This document shows, piece after piece, positions 8,854 to 17,548 of a stretch of 60,174 nt of DNA. Positions within the stretch are counted from its first letter, which is position 1. Each line of letters begins with the position of its first letter. A model generated the notes under the pieces. It was not told the DNA's origin. It saw only the letters and a list, made by a program, of their open reading frames with translations, and searched no databases. Source of the DNA: a virus (lineage: Duplodnaviria > Caudoviricetes); the IMG/VR virus record IMGVR_UViG_3300007276_005408, positions 1 through 60,174 of that record; one strand, written 5' to 3'. The position numbers were made by a program, and so were the translations under genes.

Positions 8854-9833
8854 TATGAACCTTTGCCTGTTCCACTCTTTTTACCTTTAGTATGAGTAGA
8901 AACATTTACTGGCTTCCTACCTTGTCCTTTGATTTTCTTACCACCTCTACCAGCTTTGTTCTGTGCCGCCCTCTTCCTACGAGTTGCCGATTCTTTTTCT
9001 TTTTTAGACATCGAAGCAGCCTTTGATGCTGGTACACATTTAGCATATCCACGTTTATCTCCACTAGTTCCACAAGCAGGATGTTTACCAGATTTATCTT
9101 TCTTACCGATATTTACCCACTTTGATTTGAACCAATTTCTCAAATCTTCGTTTACAATATTACCACAGTTTACACAAGTATTTTCTTTTATAGCATTTAT
9201 TACTTGTTCTGTTTTTGATTTCTTTTTTAGTAGATGAGATCCTGCTGGTTCATCTCCCAACTCTCCGTCAACACCATAGCCACAAGTTCCTTCTCTATAG
9301 ACTATTTTACCATTTTTAGCTTCTATACCAATTCTGTGGTTTGAATACTTCTTTCTCAAATCAGCTAACTCTGCTGGAATCTCTTTTAGATTCTTTACAG
9401 ATACTTGCTTTACTACTTTATTATTTTTACTTACTATAAGATTCCAAGGTCCTGATGTAGGGCCCTTACGAACAGATTTCATAACCTTTGAAGTGCCTGA
9501 CATATCTTCATTCTGAGATTGATTCTCATTATCACTATCATCACTTTTCATATGATGAGTTAGATAATCTTTTACTGAATTCATATAGTCTGCTGATTTT
9601 GTAATCTTAGCTTCTAACCACTCAGGCAAGTCCATATCCTTATCTATCATTTTGAATACTGCCACAGCATCTTCTGCTATCTCTTTAGCATCGTACTTAG
9701 CCATCTTACCTTCTCTTTTATCGTGATGGTCTTCGTGCATATACTTCTTTTTTCTGTATAGAAGTTCTACGCCATCGATATGTCCAGCAACATAGTCTTG
9801 TGGCTTTTCTAATAGTAAGTCTTTTAGCTTCAT
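8853..9833 (-). CDS. leader-tagged multi-module putative internal virion protein
   Basis: N-terminus MKLKDLLLE; modules after MHE, QNE, YRE, IKE and VNE; basic C-terminal DLRNWF...KCVP module. Confidence 0.6.
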   Translation of the reverse strand: MKLKDLLLEKPQDYVAGHIDGVELLYRKKKYMHEDHHDKREGKMAKYDAKEIAEDAVAVFKMIDKDMDLPEWLEAKITKSADYMNSVKDYLTHHMKSDDSDNENQSQNEDMSGTSKVMKSVRKGPTSGPWNLIVSKNNKVVKQVSVKNLKEIPAELADLRKKYSNHRIGIEAKNGKIVYREGTCGYGVDGELGDEPAGSHLLKKKSKTEQVINAIKENTCVNCGNIVNEDLRNWFKSKWVNIGKKDKSGKHPACGTSGDKRGYAKCVPASKAASMSKKEKESATRRKRAAQNKAGRGGKKIKGQGRKPVNVSTHTKGKKSGTGKGS

Positions 9834-10189
9834 TAGTTACCTAATAGTTTACTAATAATTTTTTGTTCTAACTTACCACCATACTGTCTAGCATAATATT
9901 CAGCATCACCTTTAGATTGTTTCTTAGGAGCTGCTTTCTTTGGTTCATCTTTCTTTTTGAACTTATCTTTTATTCTTTGAAAGATACTTTTTGCTTTCTT
10001 ATGTGCTGATGGGTCTTTCTTACTATATCCACTTTGACGAGCAGTATTTACAGATACTTTTTTGCCTTGTGCATTTTGTATTGCCATCCTAGCTGCAGTT
10101 GCTATTACTGCTGGATTTTCTGTAAGAAATGATTCGGTGAAAGCCTGTACCTCTTCGTGTACAATAGCTTCTATTTGTTTTTTATCCAT
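9833..10189 (-). CDS. putative internal virion protein (first gene of the operon)
   Basis: Probable start MDKKQIE at 10189 with GGAG RBS; acidic N-terminus with VHEE, FTE and LTE followed by a basic domain. Confidence 0.6.
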   Translation of the reverse strand: MDKKQIEAIVHEEVQAFTESFLTENPAVIATAARMAIQNAQGKKVSVNTARQSGYSKKDPSAHKKAKSIFQRIKDKFKKKDEPKKAAPKKQSKGDAEYYARQYGGKLEQKIISKLLGN

Positions 10190-10220
10190 CGATATATCTC
10201 CGATTATAAATGTATACAAC

Positions 10221-10228
10221 TATAAATA
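10221..10228 (-). promoter_or_regulatory. TATTTATA motif (class B promoter) heading the leader-tagged operon
   Basis: Intergenic, about 30 nt upstream of the ATG at 10189. Confidence 0.55.
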
Positions 10229-10249
10229 TAACTTTAGATGAAAAATAAA

Positions 10250-10369
10250 TTATTTTTTTATCTTTTTATATCCGTACTGTTCTCTGATGTATTGTCTTAC
10301 GATTTCACCTAATAATTGGTCATTTGGATTCTTCTCAACTAACTCAATTATAACTTCAATTGGCTTCAT
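10250..10369 (-). CDS. small hypothetical protein (39 aa)
   Basis: Hand translation MKPIEVIIELVEKNPNDQLLGEIVRQYIREQYGYKKIKK; overlaps the upstream stop. Confidence 0.6.
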   Translation of the reverse strand: MKPIEVIIELVEKNPNDQLLGEIVRQYIREQYGYKKIKK

Positions 10370-10637
10370 TATCATCTCTTTTTAGAGTTATTCCTAATTC
10401 ATTCAGCATATCTTCCATACTATCCACTTTTATATTAGATAGAGACTTAGCGGCTACTGAATCTTCTATATACTCATCTAACATCTCTTCATATGGTCTT
10501 AGAGTTTCTAATACTTCAACAAAATCTCTAAGTCCTTCATTGTTGATATTTCTTTCCATCAATAAATGTAGACAAGCTATTATCTTATTTAGCTGTTCAC
10601 CAAATATTAAAAATGCTGATTCTTTTTTATAGTGCAT
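10356..10637 (-). CDS. hypothetical protein
   Basis: 93 aa coupled ORF. Confidence 0.7.
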   Translation of the reverse strand: MHYKKESAFLIFGEQLNKIIACLHLLMERNINNEGLRDFVEVLETLRPYEEMLDEYIEDSVAAKSLSNIKVDSMEDMLNELGITLKRDDNEAN

Positions 10638-11295
10638 CTTTTCTTCCTAATCTTATAAATAACCTATCACCCCATTCTTCAAGTGGATGTGTTATTCTTG
10701 GTTTGATTGTTTCTATAATAGTTTTCAGATTTACATCAGACCAATCTTCTTCATCAAATGATTTACCAGTCATCCCTACTCCATTCTCATCAAACTTATC
10801 AATATCATCAATAATAATCATACACTCATTTTGGAAATGATCATATATGTGCATTATTTCTTCATTCAATGGAATCTGCTCTTTTGATGTAGGATTGTCA
10901 TTATCTCCCTTATGTCCACTAAAGTTTCCTATCCAAGTATGAGGACCACTCCAACCACCTTTATATTCTTTGACGCTTTCATCTCCACTCCAATGAGCAT
11001 CAAGATAAAATACTACTTTCTTTCCAGTATGGTTTTCATTATAGTCACTTATTATCTTTGGTATAACTTCAGCACTATCTCCTAACCAACAAGTAACATT
11101 TCCATTACCATTCTCTTCAATGCCCTTTTTAGCAAACTCATAAAGTCTCTCATCTATCTCTATCGTATGTACCCAATTCATACCTACTGCAAACTTTTTG
11201 GCTGTATCACCAAGAAAGGTTCCTGTCTCAACCACATCTGAGAATCCATATGGTAACTTACCTATTAGCTTTGTTATTGTTTCATTTCCTGCCAT
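10627..11295 (-). CDS. class I SAM-dependent methyltransferase
   Basis: VETGTFLG, HTIEID, LGDS, YLDAH and IIIDD motifs. Confidence 0.8.
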   Translation of the reverse strand: MAGNETITKLIGKLPYGFSDVVETGTFLGDTAKKFAVGMNWVHTIEIDERLYEFAKKGIEENGNGNVTCWLGDSAEVIPKIISDYNENHTGKKVVFYLDAHWSGDESVKEYKGGWSGPHTWIGNFSGHKGDNDNPTSKEQIPLNEEIMHIYDHFQNECMIIIDDIDKFDENGVGMTGKSFDEEDWSDVNLKTIIETIKPRITHPLEEWGDRLFIRLGRKDAL

Positions 11296-12055
11296 AATTA
11301 TCCTTTACTTTATTCCAACATTTTTCCATAACACTATTTCTTTCAGATGTTGGTATTCCATTGAAATGCCAAATGTCTCCCATATCAATATGCATAGAGT
11401 TATACAATATATCTGTTTTATGCATATGGTTCATATTGAACTTTTTTGGTAAGAACTTCTTATTGTCACCAAACATATATTCAGCAATAAAATTTACTGG
11501 TGTTTGGTCTGTACCTCTATAATCATTCTTCTCCATCCATCTCAAATCTTCTTTATGGCGATTATAAAAGTTCACAATAGTTTTACAAAATTCCTTACCT
11601 AATTCTTTATCTTCTGGCAAAACAACTATTCCATTATTGATATATCTTTCCCAATCTAACTTTACATTAGGAAACCATTTCTGATAACCTAATATACTAT
11701 GATAAGTCCACCCTAATCCTAAGTCATCTTTTACTCCAGCATACTTACCATCAGCAGCATCAAATGGATTTGGACAATTCCATTTTATCATAGTATCCGC
11801 ATCTACCAACATAACTCTATTGTATTCAGTAATCCAATCTTGTTGTTCTATAAAATCATAACATAACCATCTTTGCCAGGTAGGCATCATCTCATCAGTA
11901 TCTATGTTACTATTATCGAAAACAAATATATCAGCATTGTTTTGACTGCACCAATACTCCCAACTCTTTATGGCCCATTTTGTATATTCTTTTATATAAA
12001 AATTTGGGTCACATCTTTCAGTAGCCAATGCTGTCATAAATACTATGTCTTTCAT
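11282..12055 (-). CDS. GT-A glycosyltransferase (GT8-like), paralog of 33363..34139
   Basis: TWQR, VDADT (DxD), DQT and HFN motifs. Confidence 0.8.
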   Translation of the reverse strand: MKDIVFMTALATERCDPNFYIKEYTKWAIKSWEYWCSQNNADIFVFDNSNIDTDEMMPTWQRWLCYDFIEQQDWITEYNRVMLVDADTMIKWNCPNPFDAADGKYAGVKDDLGLGWTYHSILGYQKWFPNVKLDWERYINNGIVVLPEDKELGKEFCKTIVNFYNRHKEDLRWMEKNDYRGTDQTPVNFIAEYMFGDNKKFLPKKFNMNHMHKTDILYNSMHIDMGDIWHFNGIPTSERNSVMEKCWNKVKDNYGRK

Positions 12056-12249
12056 TATTTATCTTGATTGATTGGTCTAGGGTCTGGTTTTGGTGGTACA
12101 ATCGTCATTCCATCACCTGTTACTTGTATCTTCCTTTTCGGACTGTTTCTATATCTACTCAAATACTTACGGACATTGAGATTTTTTTTCTGTAGTCGTT
12201 TCTTACGAAGTTTTCGTAAAGCTCTTCTACTTTTGAATTGACTTATCAT
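12055..12249 (-). CDS. small basic hypothetical protein
   Basis: Arg/Lys-rich 64 aa coupled ORF. Confidence 0.55.
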   Translation of the reverse strand: MISQFKSRRALRKLRKKRLQKKNLNVRKYLSRYRNSPKRKIQVTGDGMTIVPPKPDPRPINQDK

Positions 12250-12412
12250 TTATAGTCTCCTTATATAGTTTATCAATTGATTTATCGTCACCACCTTGTT
12301 TGATGAGAGCACTTTTTCTTTTCATCACTGTTAGTGGAACATCTGCTAATGATGGTGGTCTTCCCCAGACATCACACGTAACTTTTTCTTCTAACCATTC
12401 TTTTTTTGTCAT
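12227..12412 (-). CDS. hypothetical protein
   Basis: 61 aa ORF with RBS-like GAAGGA. Confidence 0.6.
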   Translation of the reverse strand: MTKKEWLEEKVTCDVWGRPPSLADVPLTVMKRKSALIKQGGDDKSIDKLYKETINDKSIQK

Positions 12413-12429
12413 TTGTTTTCCTTCAACTT

Positions 12430-13215
12430 TTAAAATCCAAGATATTTTTTTCTAGCAAATTCTATATCATAGCTATTATATGTATTCAATAATTCTTTGA
12501 TATTAAATGGATTTTTATAAGGCCACATAGTTCTCCAAAAAGGCCCCCATTTTTTATGCATATACTCAAAGTTTACTGTATTGACTTCCTCTAATTTATT
12601 ATGGAGATTTGGTTCTTCTACTTTAGTTTGACTTCCTGTTTCATAATAGTCTGTTGAACTACCGTGATAATACAACAATTCACAGAAGTCCTGACCTATA
12701 TCAGTATGCCATAATTTCATCTGATAATCGGCATCTTCACAATATGCAGGGTAAAAGTTTTCATCAAATAAACCTAATCTTTGAATCACCCAATCTTTGA
12801 TAAGAAATAAATCAAATGAACCTAAACCAAAATCTCCTCGTTTACCAAAGACAATACCTGTTTCTTTGTTTTGTGCTTTACTCCACATTTCTTCTAATAT
12901 TCCAGGCATAAAAGATACATCGTGATTTACAATAATCCAGTAAGGAGAATTTATATATGATTTGATTATGAGATTCCATGCACCCGAAACACCAATATTT
13001 GATGGCAAGTGGCAAACAAACATATTTTCAATATTATCATTTTCAATTGATTTTAATATTTCTAAGTCATTGGTTATTTCTCCCCTGCCATTATTATTGA
13101 ATATTATATAATTTTCAACAGGATAATCAATACTTTCTATTTGTCTTTTTAGCCAATGAGTACCATTGACTATAGCCGTTCCTAATACTGGAATCTTATC
13201 TTCCACCTCACTCAT
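12430..13215 (-). CDS. GT2-family glycosyltransferase
   Basis: NIGVSGAWN, VNHDV, GLFDENFYPAYCEDADY; start MSEVED via TAATG overlap at 13215. Confidence 0.85.
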   Translation of the reverse strand: MSEVEDKIPVLGTAIVNGTHWLKRQIESIDYPVENYIIFNNNGRGEITNDLEILKSIENDNIENMFVCHLPSNIGVSGAWNLIIKSYINSPYWIIVNHDVSFMPGILEEMWSKAQNKETGIVFGKRGDFGLGSFDLFLIKDWVIQRLGLFDENFYPAYCEDADYQMKLWHTDIGQDFCELLYYHGSSTDYYETGSQTKVEEPNLHNKLEEVNTVNFEYMHKKWGPFWRTMWPYKNPFNIKELLNTYNSYDIEFARKKYLGF

Positions 13216-13538
13216 TATTTGATTTGTAATTTCTGTATCCATTCTGGCACATTCTTTTCCATATAATGCTGTATAACAAATGCTTCTGCAACGTGTGAGA
13301 AAAACCAAACGAATGTAAGTATTGGAACATAAATTCTAACATCTAATTCCATTATAGAAACTCCTAACCAAGTAAAGAATATCATACCTATAGATTTAGT
13401 TATAAAACTTATCCCACTAAATCCGAGACTAAGTATATTACCTCTAGCCACTACTATATAAATATTCAATACCAAATGTATTAGGTTTAGAAATGACGGA
13501 GCAATAACTCCCATTAGGAAATACATACTAGCTTCCAT
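13215..13538 (-). CDS. small multi-pass membrane protein
   Basis: Three hydrophobic helices. Confidence 0.7.
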   Translation of the reverse strand: MEASMYFLMGVIAPSFLNLIHLVLNIYIVVARGNILSLGFSGISFITKSIGMIFFTWLGVSIMELDVRIYVPILTFVWFFSHVAEAFVIQHYMEKNVPEWIQKLQIK

Positions 13539-13698
13539 TTGAATAACTCCTTCTTTGAAGAATCTCTACTATATCAGCATGCGCCGCTTTTGTTCTATGG
13601 TAAGTTTCTTCCCACCACTTTGTTTTATCATATAACTTTCGAATCATATAGGTCTGTATAAGTATCAAACCTATTGTACCAAATAAAAATATTTCCAT
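13528..13698 (-). CDS. small membrane-anchored protein (56 aa)
   Basis: Hand translation MEIFLFGTIGLILIQTYM...; TAATG coupling. Confidence 0.6.
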   Translation of the reverse strand: MEIFLFGTIGLILIQTYMIRKLYDKTKWWEETYHRTKAAHADIVEILQRRSYSNGS

Positions 13699-13808
13699 TA
13701 CTTTTTGAACCTTTCCTCTATCTTATCAGCTATCCAATCTATTATATCAGTAGACCATACTAATAACATCAGAATCAGAAACGATCCCCAACCTTCTAAA
13801 CTTGTCAT
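13698..13808 (-). CDS. small membrane protein (36 aa)
   Basis: Hand translation MTSLEGWGSFLILMLLVWSTDIIDWIADKIEERFKK; AGGAGA RBS. Confidence 0.6.
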   Translation of the reverse strand: MTSLEGWGSFLILMLLVWSTDIIDWIADKIEERFKK

Positions 13809-13888
13809 TTATTTTCTCCTATGCTAGTGCTATATCATTATTTAAAAATTTTATATAAAGAGCCTCTGCTTGTATCATATCTTTCATT

Positions 13889-14044
13889 TCACTTTTTAGG
13901 TGCGGGCCTTTTGTTATTTCCTCTATCTTTTTTTCTAAAGATCTTGTCGTATTTCTTTTCCCATTCATCTTGACTTATTCCTCTTCTTAGTTTATCGCCT
14001 TTACCGGCATTTGAATGTTTTTTATGTGAGTCTTTTTTCATCAT
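13889..14044 (-). CDS. small basic protein (51 aa) with SNAGKGDK motif
   Basis: Hand translation MMKKDSHKKHSNAGKGDKLRRGISQDEWEKKYDKIFRKK... Confidence 0.6.
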   Translation of the reverse strand: MMKKDSHKKHSNAGKGDKLRRGISQDEWEKKYDKIFRKKDRGNNKRPAPKK

Positions 14045-14342
14045 ATATCTTCCAGTAATAGTTTAGTTGTTCTAATTCTGCTCTAACTAACTCACCAGCT
14101 CTCTTCTGACATCTAAGGGTAAATGTGAATCTATCCTGCCACTTGTTCTTATGTAGTACAATAGAGCCAATACCATTCTTTGTTGGTTTATTGTCTTTGA
14201 CATAAGATAACCACTTCATCATACGAACTTGAAGTTCTTTGATTTTGGTGTATTGTAACGCTTTATAATTTACAGGTACTTTGTATGGATAAGAACTGTA
14301 CTTATTATCCCCTTTGCCGGTATTTGAAAATTTTCTACTCAC
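14022..14342 (-). CDS. hypothetical basic protein
   Basis: 106 aa, N-terminal SNTGKGDNK. Confidence 0.65.
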   Translation of the reverse strand: MSRKFSNTGKGDNKYSSYPYKVPVNYKALQYTKIKELQVRMMKWLSYVKDNKPTKNGIGSIVLHKNKWQDRFTFTLRCQKRAGELVRAELEQLNYYWKIYDEKRLT

Positions 14343-14695
14343 AGATTACTTATCTGAATTAGAATGATTGCTAACGCTAATAGTAAACTAATCATTGTTT
14401 TTATAGTTGGTATCTCTCCTATAAAGAACCAAGCCATTATGCCAAATATAATTGTACTTATACCAAAACCTGCAAGTCTCATATTCCAAAAAGCACCAAA
14501 GTATTCGTAAGACCATTTGGTACTGTAAAAGAATAGTGGTGCTATAAAAAGACTTGTAGCATATAACCACCATACAGATTGTAACCATTGTTTATTCCAA
14601 ATTACCCATCCTTGTAATTGGAAGAAAGCAATTAGTGCTCCTATTATCTGAGCACTAATAGACCAAAGTAATTTATTGGTTAGAAGTTTTTCCAA
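14339..14695 (-). CDS. four-helix small membrane protein (SMR/DMT-like topology)
   Basis: Four hydrophobic segments; FFIGE before the last helix. Confidence 0.65.
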   Translation of the reverse strand: MEKLLTNKLLWSISAQIIGALIAFFQLQGWVIWNKQWLQSVWWLYATSLFIAPLFFYSTKWSYEYFGAFWNMRLAGFGISTIIFGIMAWFFIGEIPTIKTMISLLLALAIILIQISNL

Positions 14696-14892
14696 TTGCT
14701 CTCCTCTGCTGTTTGTAAAATTCCTTCTATAATATCTTTAGCCTTTGATGGATTGAATGAGATACCTTTTTTACTTGGTTTCATTTCACCATTATCATCG
14801 TACCATATTCTCAAATCAATGAACTCATGTCCCTCATATTCAGAAGCACTTATTCTAATTACTTCTCTACTATTTTTTTGTATCTCTACCAT
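14680..14892 (-). CDS. PC4/p15-family ssDNA-binding protein
   Basis: EYEGHEFIDLRIWY...KPSKKGISF signature; start via TAATG at 14892. Confidence 0.9.
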   Translation of the reverse strand: MVEIQKNSREVIRISASEYEGHEFIDLRIWYDDNGEMKPSKKGISFNPSKAKDIIEGILQTAEESNWKNF

Positions 14893-15074
14893 TATTCCCA
14901 TATCCTTGCTATTCTACGAATGAAACCTAATGTAGCACCAAATCCTAATGCTATACCAGCTATCTGTAAGTTACCCATATACAACGCAATTGATGAAACA
15001 AGATATGCAGTAAATCTAAATACTCCATAAATTGAAAAATCATTTTGAGTCTTTAGTATTTCTTTTCTTGTCAT
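14892..15074 (-). CDS. small two-helix membrane protein
   Basis: 60 aa hydrophobic ORF. Confidence 0.65.
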   Translation of the reverse strand: MTRKEILKTQNDFSIYGVFRFTAYLVSSIALYMGNLQIAGIALGFGATLGFIRRIARIWE

Positions 15075-15269
15075 CTACTCTTCCTCTTCATCTTCAACTA
15101 CTTCAAAATATTGTTCAGTACATCTAATAGTATTACCATTTACCAATTCTATTGTGTACATATTATCCGACGGGTAGTCAGGCTCATCTTCATCCGGTAA
15201 CCATTTTACTGTACCATTACCTAACGAATTAGCTTTGAACTTTACTGTATCGTTTACTTTAGCTTTCAT
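15075..15269 (-). CDS. small hypothetical protein (SH3/KOW-like pattern)
   Basis: KVNDTV...GTV...YTIEL beta pattern. Confidence 0.6.
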   Translation of the reverse strand: MKAKVNDTVKFKANSLGNGTVKWLPDEDEPDYPSDNMYTIELVNGNTIRCTEQYFEVVEDEEEE

Positions 15270-15564
15270 CTTTTACTTCCTTATATGTTATTTTTTCTAC
15301 CATATTACCTTGTTCATCATGAACATAAACAGACATACTCCCATCTCTACGAATATCTCCATCTTCTAAATTATCATCTATTATAGCAAAATGTGGTGGG
15401 TGTTCTCCTGGTGATACTAATGCGAGTTTAGTATTCTCAAATTCTAATAATCCCCAAGATGCATCTTCATGCAATACCTTACATTTGAAATTTTTTCTAT
15501 ACCAAGTAATTGCTTTTCTGATATTGAGTACTTGTATTCCTACATGATCTATTTTATCCAGCAT
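15259..15564 (-). CDS. VOC/glyoxalase-family protein
   Basis: IDHVGIQV, PHFAI and DEQGNMVE motifs; start MLDK with AGGAG RBS. Confidence 0.85.
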   Translation of the reverse strand: MLDKIDHVGIQVLNIRKAITWYRKNFKCKVLHEDASWGLLEFENTKLALVSPGEHPPHFAIIDDNLEDGDIRRDGSMSVYVHDEQGNMVEKITYKEVKDES

Positions 15565-15772
15565 GCATTCTTCTCCTAAATGTTTCACTCAATTCTGTAA
15601 TGTGTCTACACTTTCTTCTAAACTTATAACCTTTACAACCACAACTATAATGTTTGTGATAAGGATCCCATTCTACTGTATAGTGTTTACCATTCGCGCC
15701 ATCAACACGCCATTGATTACTTACCATAACTTCACCGTCAAATGTTTCAATTATTTTTTCTAACAGATTCAT
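15554..15772 (-). CDS. SWIM zinc-finger protein
   Basis: YTV...SCGC...CRH motif. Confidence 0.85.
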   Translation of the reverse strand: MNLLEKIIETFDGEVMVSNQWRVDGANGKHYTVEWDPYHKHYSCGCKGYKFRRKCRHITELSETFRRRMHAG

Positions 15773-16038
15773 TACAGTCCTTTTGCTAGTGTTGGTGATG
15801 TATTCATAACTTCATCAAGTGTAACATCTTCATCAGCCCATCTTTCTATAGGGTCTAACTGCTTATCGGTTATAATAGATTTCTCTATCTCGTCTTTCAG
15901 GTGGTAAAGAGTACACCGAGCACCATCTATATAACTCTGTGAATCAGAGTTAGCATTGTACTCTGGTAAAGAATAGTAAGCATCATCTAACTCACCTTCT
16001 ATCTCCATTAGCATCTCTAGTATTTTTTCTTTTTTCAT
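15772..16038 (-). CDS. hypothetical protein
   Basis: 88 aa acidic coupled ORF. Confidence 0.65.
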   Translation of the reverse strand: MKKEKILEMLMEIEGELDDAYYSLPEYNANSDSQSYIDGARCTLYHLKDEIEKSIITDKQLDPIERWADEDVTLDEVMNTSPTLAKGL

Positions 16039-16274
16039 AATTCTATTCCAGCTAAATTCAAATCAACTACTTGACCAAAGTACTCATCGAATGTTTCTAC
16101 CAAATGTTTATAGTCTTTACTCTTTAGATTATCAAGCATTGCTTCAATGTCATTCGGTTCCCAACCATATTGTTTACCATATCTTTTAGCCAACCCAAGT
16201 AAATAGAAAGCATTACCTTTAGGACCTGATAAGTCTATGATTGGTTTTGTAGGGTTATGTTTTAGTATAGCCAT
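16035..16274 (-). CDS. hypothetical protein
   Basis: IDLSGPKGNAFYLLG...DYKHLV pattern recalled from other phage genomes. Confidence 0.7.
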   Translation of the reverse strand: MAILKHNPTKPIIDLSGPKGNAFYLLGLAKRYGKQYGWEPNDIEAMLDNLKSKDYKHLVETFDEYFGQVVDLNLAGIEL

Positions 16275-16276
16275 AA

Positions 16277-16504
16277 TTATCCTTTTAGTGGTTGTGGTAT
16301 GTGAAGTCCATCAATAAGTTCTGTTACAGGTATCAACTCATCCGGAAAGTTATCTAAACCTAAAATCTTCTCGTCATCAGAGAACTTCTTTGACTCAGGA
16401 TGAAGCCATAAATCAGAATCAATAAAGTTCCAATTGACACTTCCATCTGATGTCCAATTATCTTTATCCATCAAAGCTTCGATTATAATTTCATTTATAG
16501 TCAT
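16277..16504 (-). CDS. hypothetical protein
   Basis: VNWNFIDSD motif; coupled ORF. Confidence 0.7.
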   Translation of the reverse strand: MTINEIIIEALMDKDNWTSDGSVNWNFIDSDLWLHPESKKFSDDEKILGLDNFPDELIPVTELIDGLHIPQPLKG

Positions 16505-16848
16505 TATATACCTACTCCTATTTGTTGTTCTAATTCCCCAAACATCAAAAGAGAACTAACGATAACATCATCGTTCTCATCCCAATAAGAATCATACGCT
16601 GGTGGTCTCCAATAGGAACAACCAGTGTCTTGGTTATATATCTCATTGATATGAATCTCGCCATCTATATTTTCCCATACAACTGAAAACTCTTCACATT
16701 CCATAAAAGAATGAAACTCATTATTGAACTCAAGCATAAAATCTCTAAATGAAATTTCTCTAATTTTTGGTGAATGATTAGCAACACCTTTTACAACCTC
16801 ATCTATTCCGATGATATGTGATTTATTGAATATTGTTTCGTCTTTCAT
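16504..16848 (-). CDS. hypothetical acidic protein
   Basis: 114 aa, directly behind a class A promoter. Confidence 0.7.
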   Translation of the reverse strand: MKDETIFNKSHIIGIDEVVKGVANHSPKIREISFRDFMLEFNNEFHSFMECEEFSVVWENIDGEIHINEIYNQDTGCSYWRPPAYDSYWDENDDVIVSSLLMFGELEQQIGVGI

Positions 16849-16875
16849 TTATCTTTTCCTTTTTTGTTACAGGTA

Positions 16876-16904
16876 AAGCTACGAATAATTATGCTAAAAG
16901 TCAA
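16876..16904 (-). promoter_or_regulatory. class A promoter TTGACT-N17-TAGCTT
   Basis: One of seven similar copies; spacer contains TTAGCA. Confidence 0.75.
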
Positions 16905-17365
16905 GAGTTATTTTGCTTTTTATTGATCTTTTTCTTGAATTGTTTATATAGGTTATTAGCATATATAAATTGTTTCTTTGATAATCCACCCTTAGCTTTT
17001 ACTTGATTGATAAAAGAGTCTACTAAGAATTTTCTATCAGCAATATAGTTTTCTGTATATCCACACTTATCTATCATAGACCTCAACTTTGTAAGTTTCA
17101 GTAATATGGTTTCTGATATGGGAGAGTTTTTTATATTACTCTTCTTCTTATGAAATTTTATAATCCTATGTATAGCAACTTCCATCTTTGCTGTAATTTG
17201 TCTACTACCTACTAATGCCATATGCATCTCATTTATGAAGTGAGCATACCCTTCGTCCAAACCTTTTACATATACTGAATCAGCTAATACTTTACGGAGA
17301 CCTAAAATCTCCCTACGATATTTATTTTTATTTAGTTCCAAACTATAAGTCCTTGATTTACCCAT
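16901..17365 (-). CDS. hypothetical basic protein
   Basis: 154 aa ORF; start uncertain. Confidence 0.65.
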   Translation of the reverse strand: MGKSRTYSLELNKNKYRREILGLRKVLADSVYVKGLDEGYAHFINEMHMALVGSRQITAKMEVAIHRIIKFHKKKSNIKNSPISETILLKLTKLRSMIDKCGYTENYIADRKFLVDSFINQVKAKGGLSKKQFIYANNLYKQFKKKINKKQNNS

Positions 17366-17505
17366 TTAGATTTACCATTAGGGAATTGGATAAAGAATTG
17401 GTTCTTTCCAGAGACACTCTTTATACCTGTTATTATACCTTGTTTGCCATTGAAGAAAACAACTTTATTCTTCCAAAAGCCTTGTTTTATTTGTCCATTT
17501 TTCAT
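17332..17505 (-). CDS. small hypothetical protein (57 aa), probably leaderless
   Basis: Hand translation MKNGQIKQGFWKNKVVFFNGKQGIITGIKSVSGKNQFFIQFPNGKSKWVNQGLIVWN; ATG 5 nt after the -10 box. Confidence 0.6.
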   Translation of the reverse strand: MKNGQIKQGFWKNKVVFFNGKQGIITGIKSVSGKNQFFIQFPNGKSKWVNQGLIVWN

Positions 17506-17510
17506 ACCTA

Positions 17511-17539
17511 AAGCTACGAATAATATTGCTAAGAGTCAA
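17511..17539 (-). promoter_or_regulatory. class A promoter TTGACT-N17-TAGCTT
   Basis: Repeat copy with TTAGCA in spacer. Confidence 0.75.
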
Positions 17540-17548
17540 GTACTTTTT

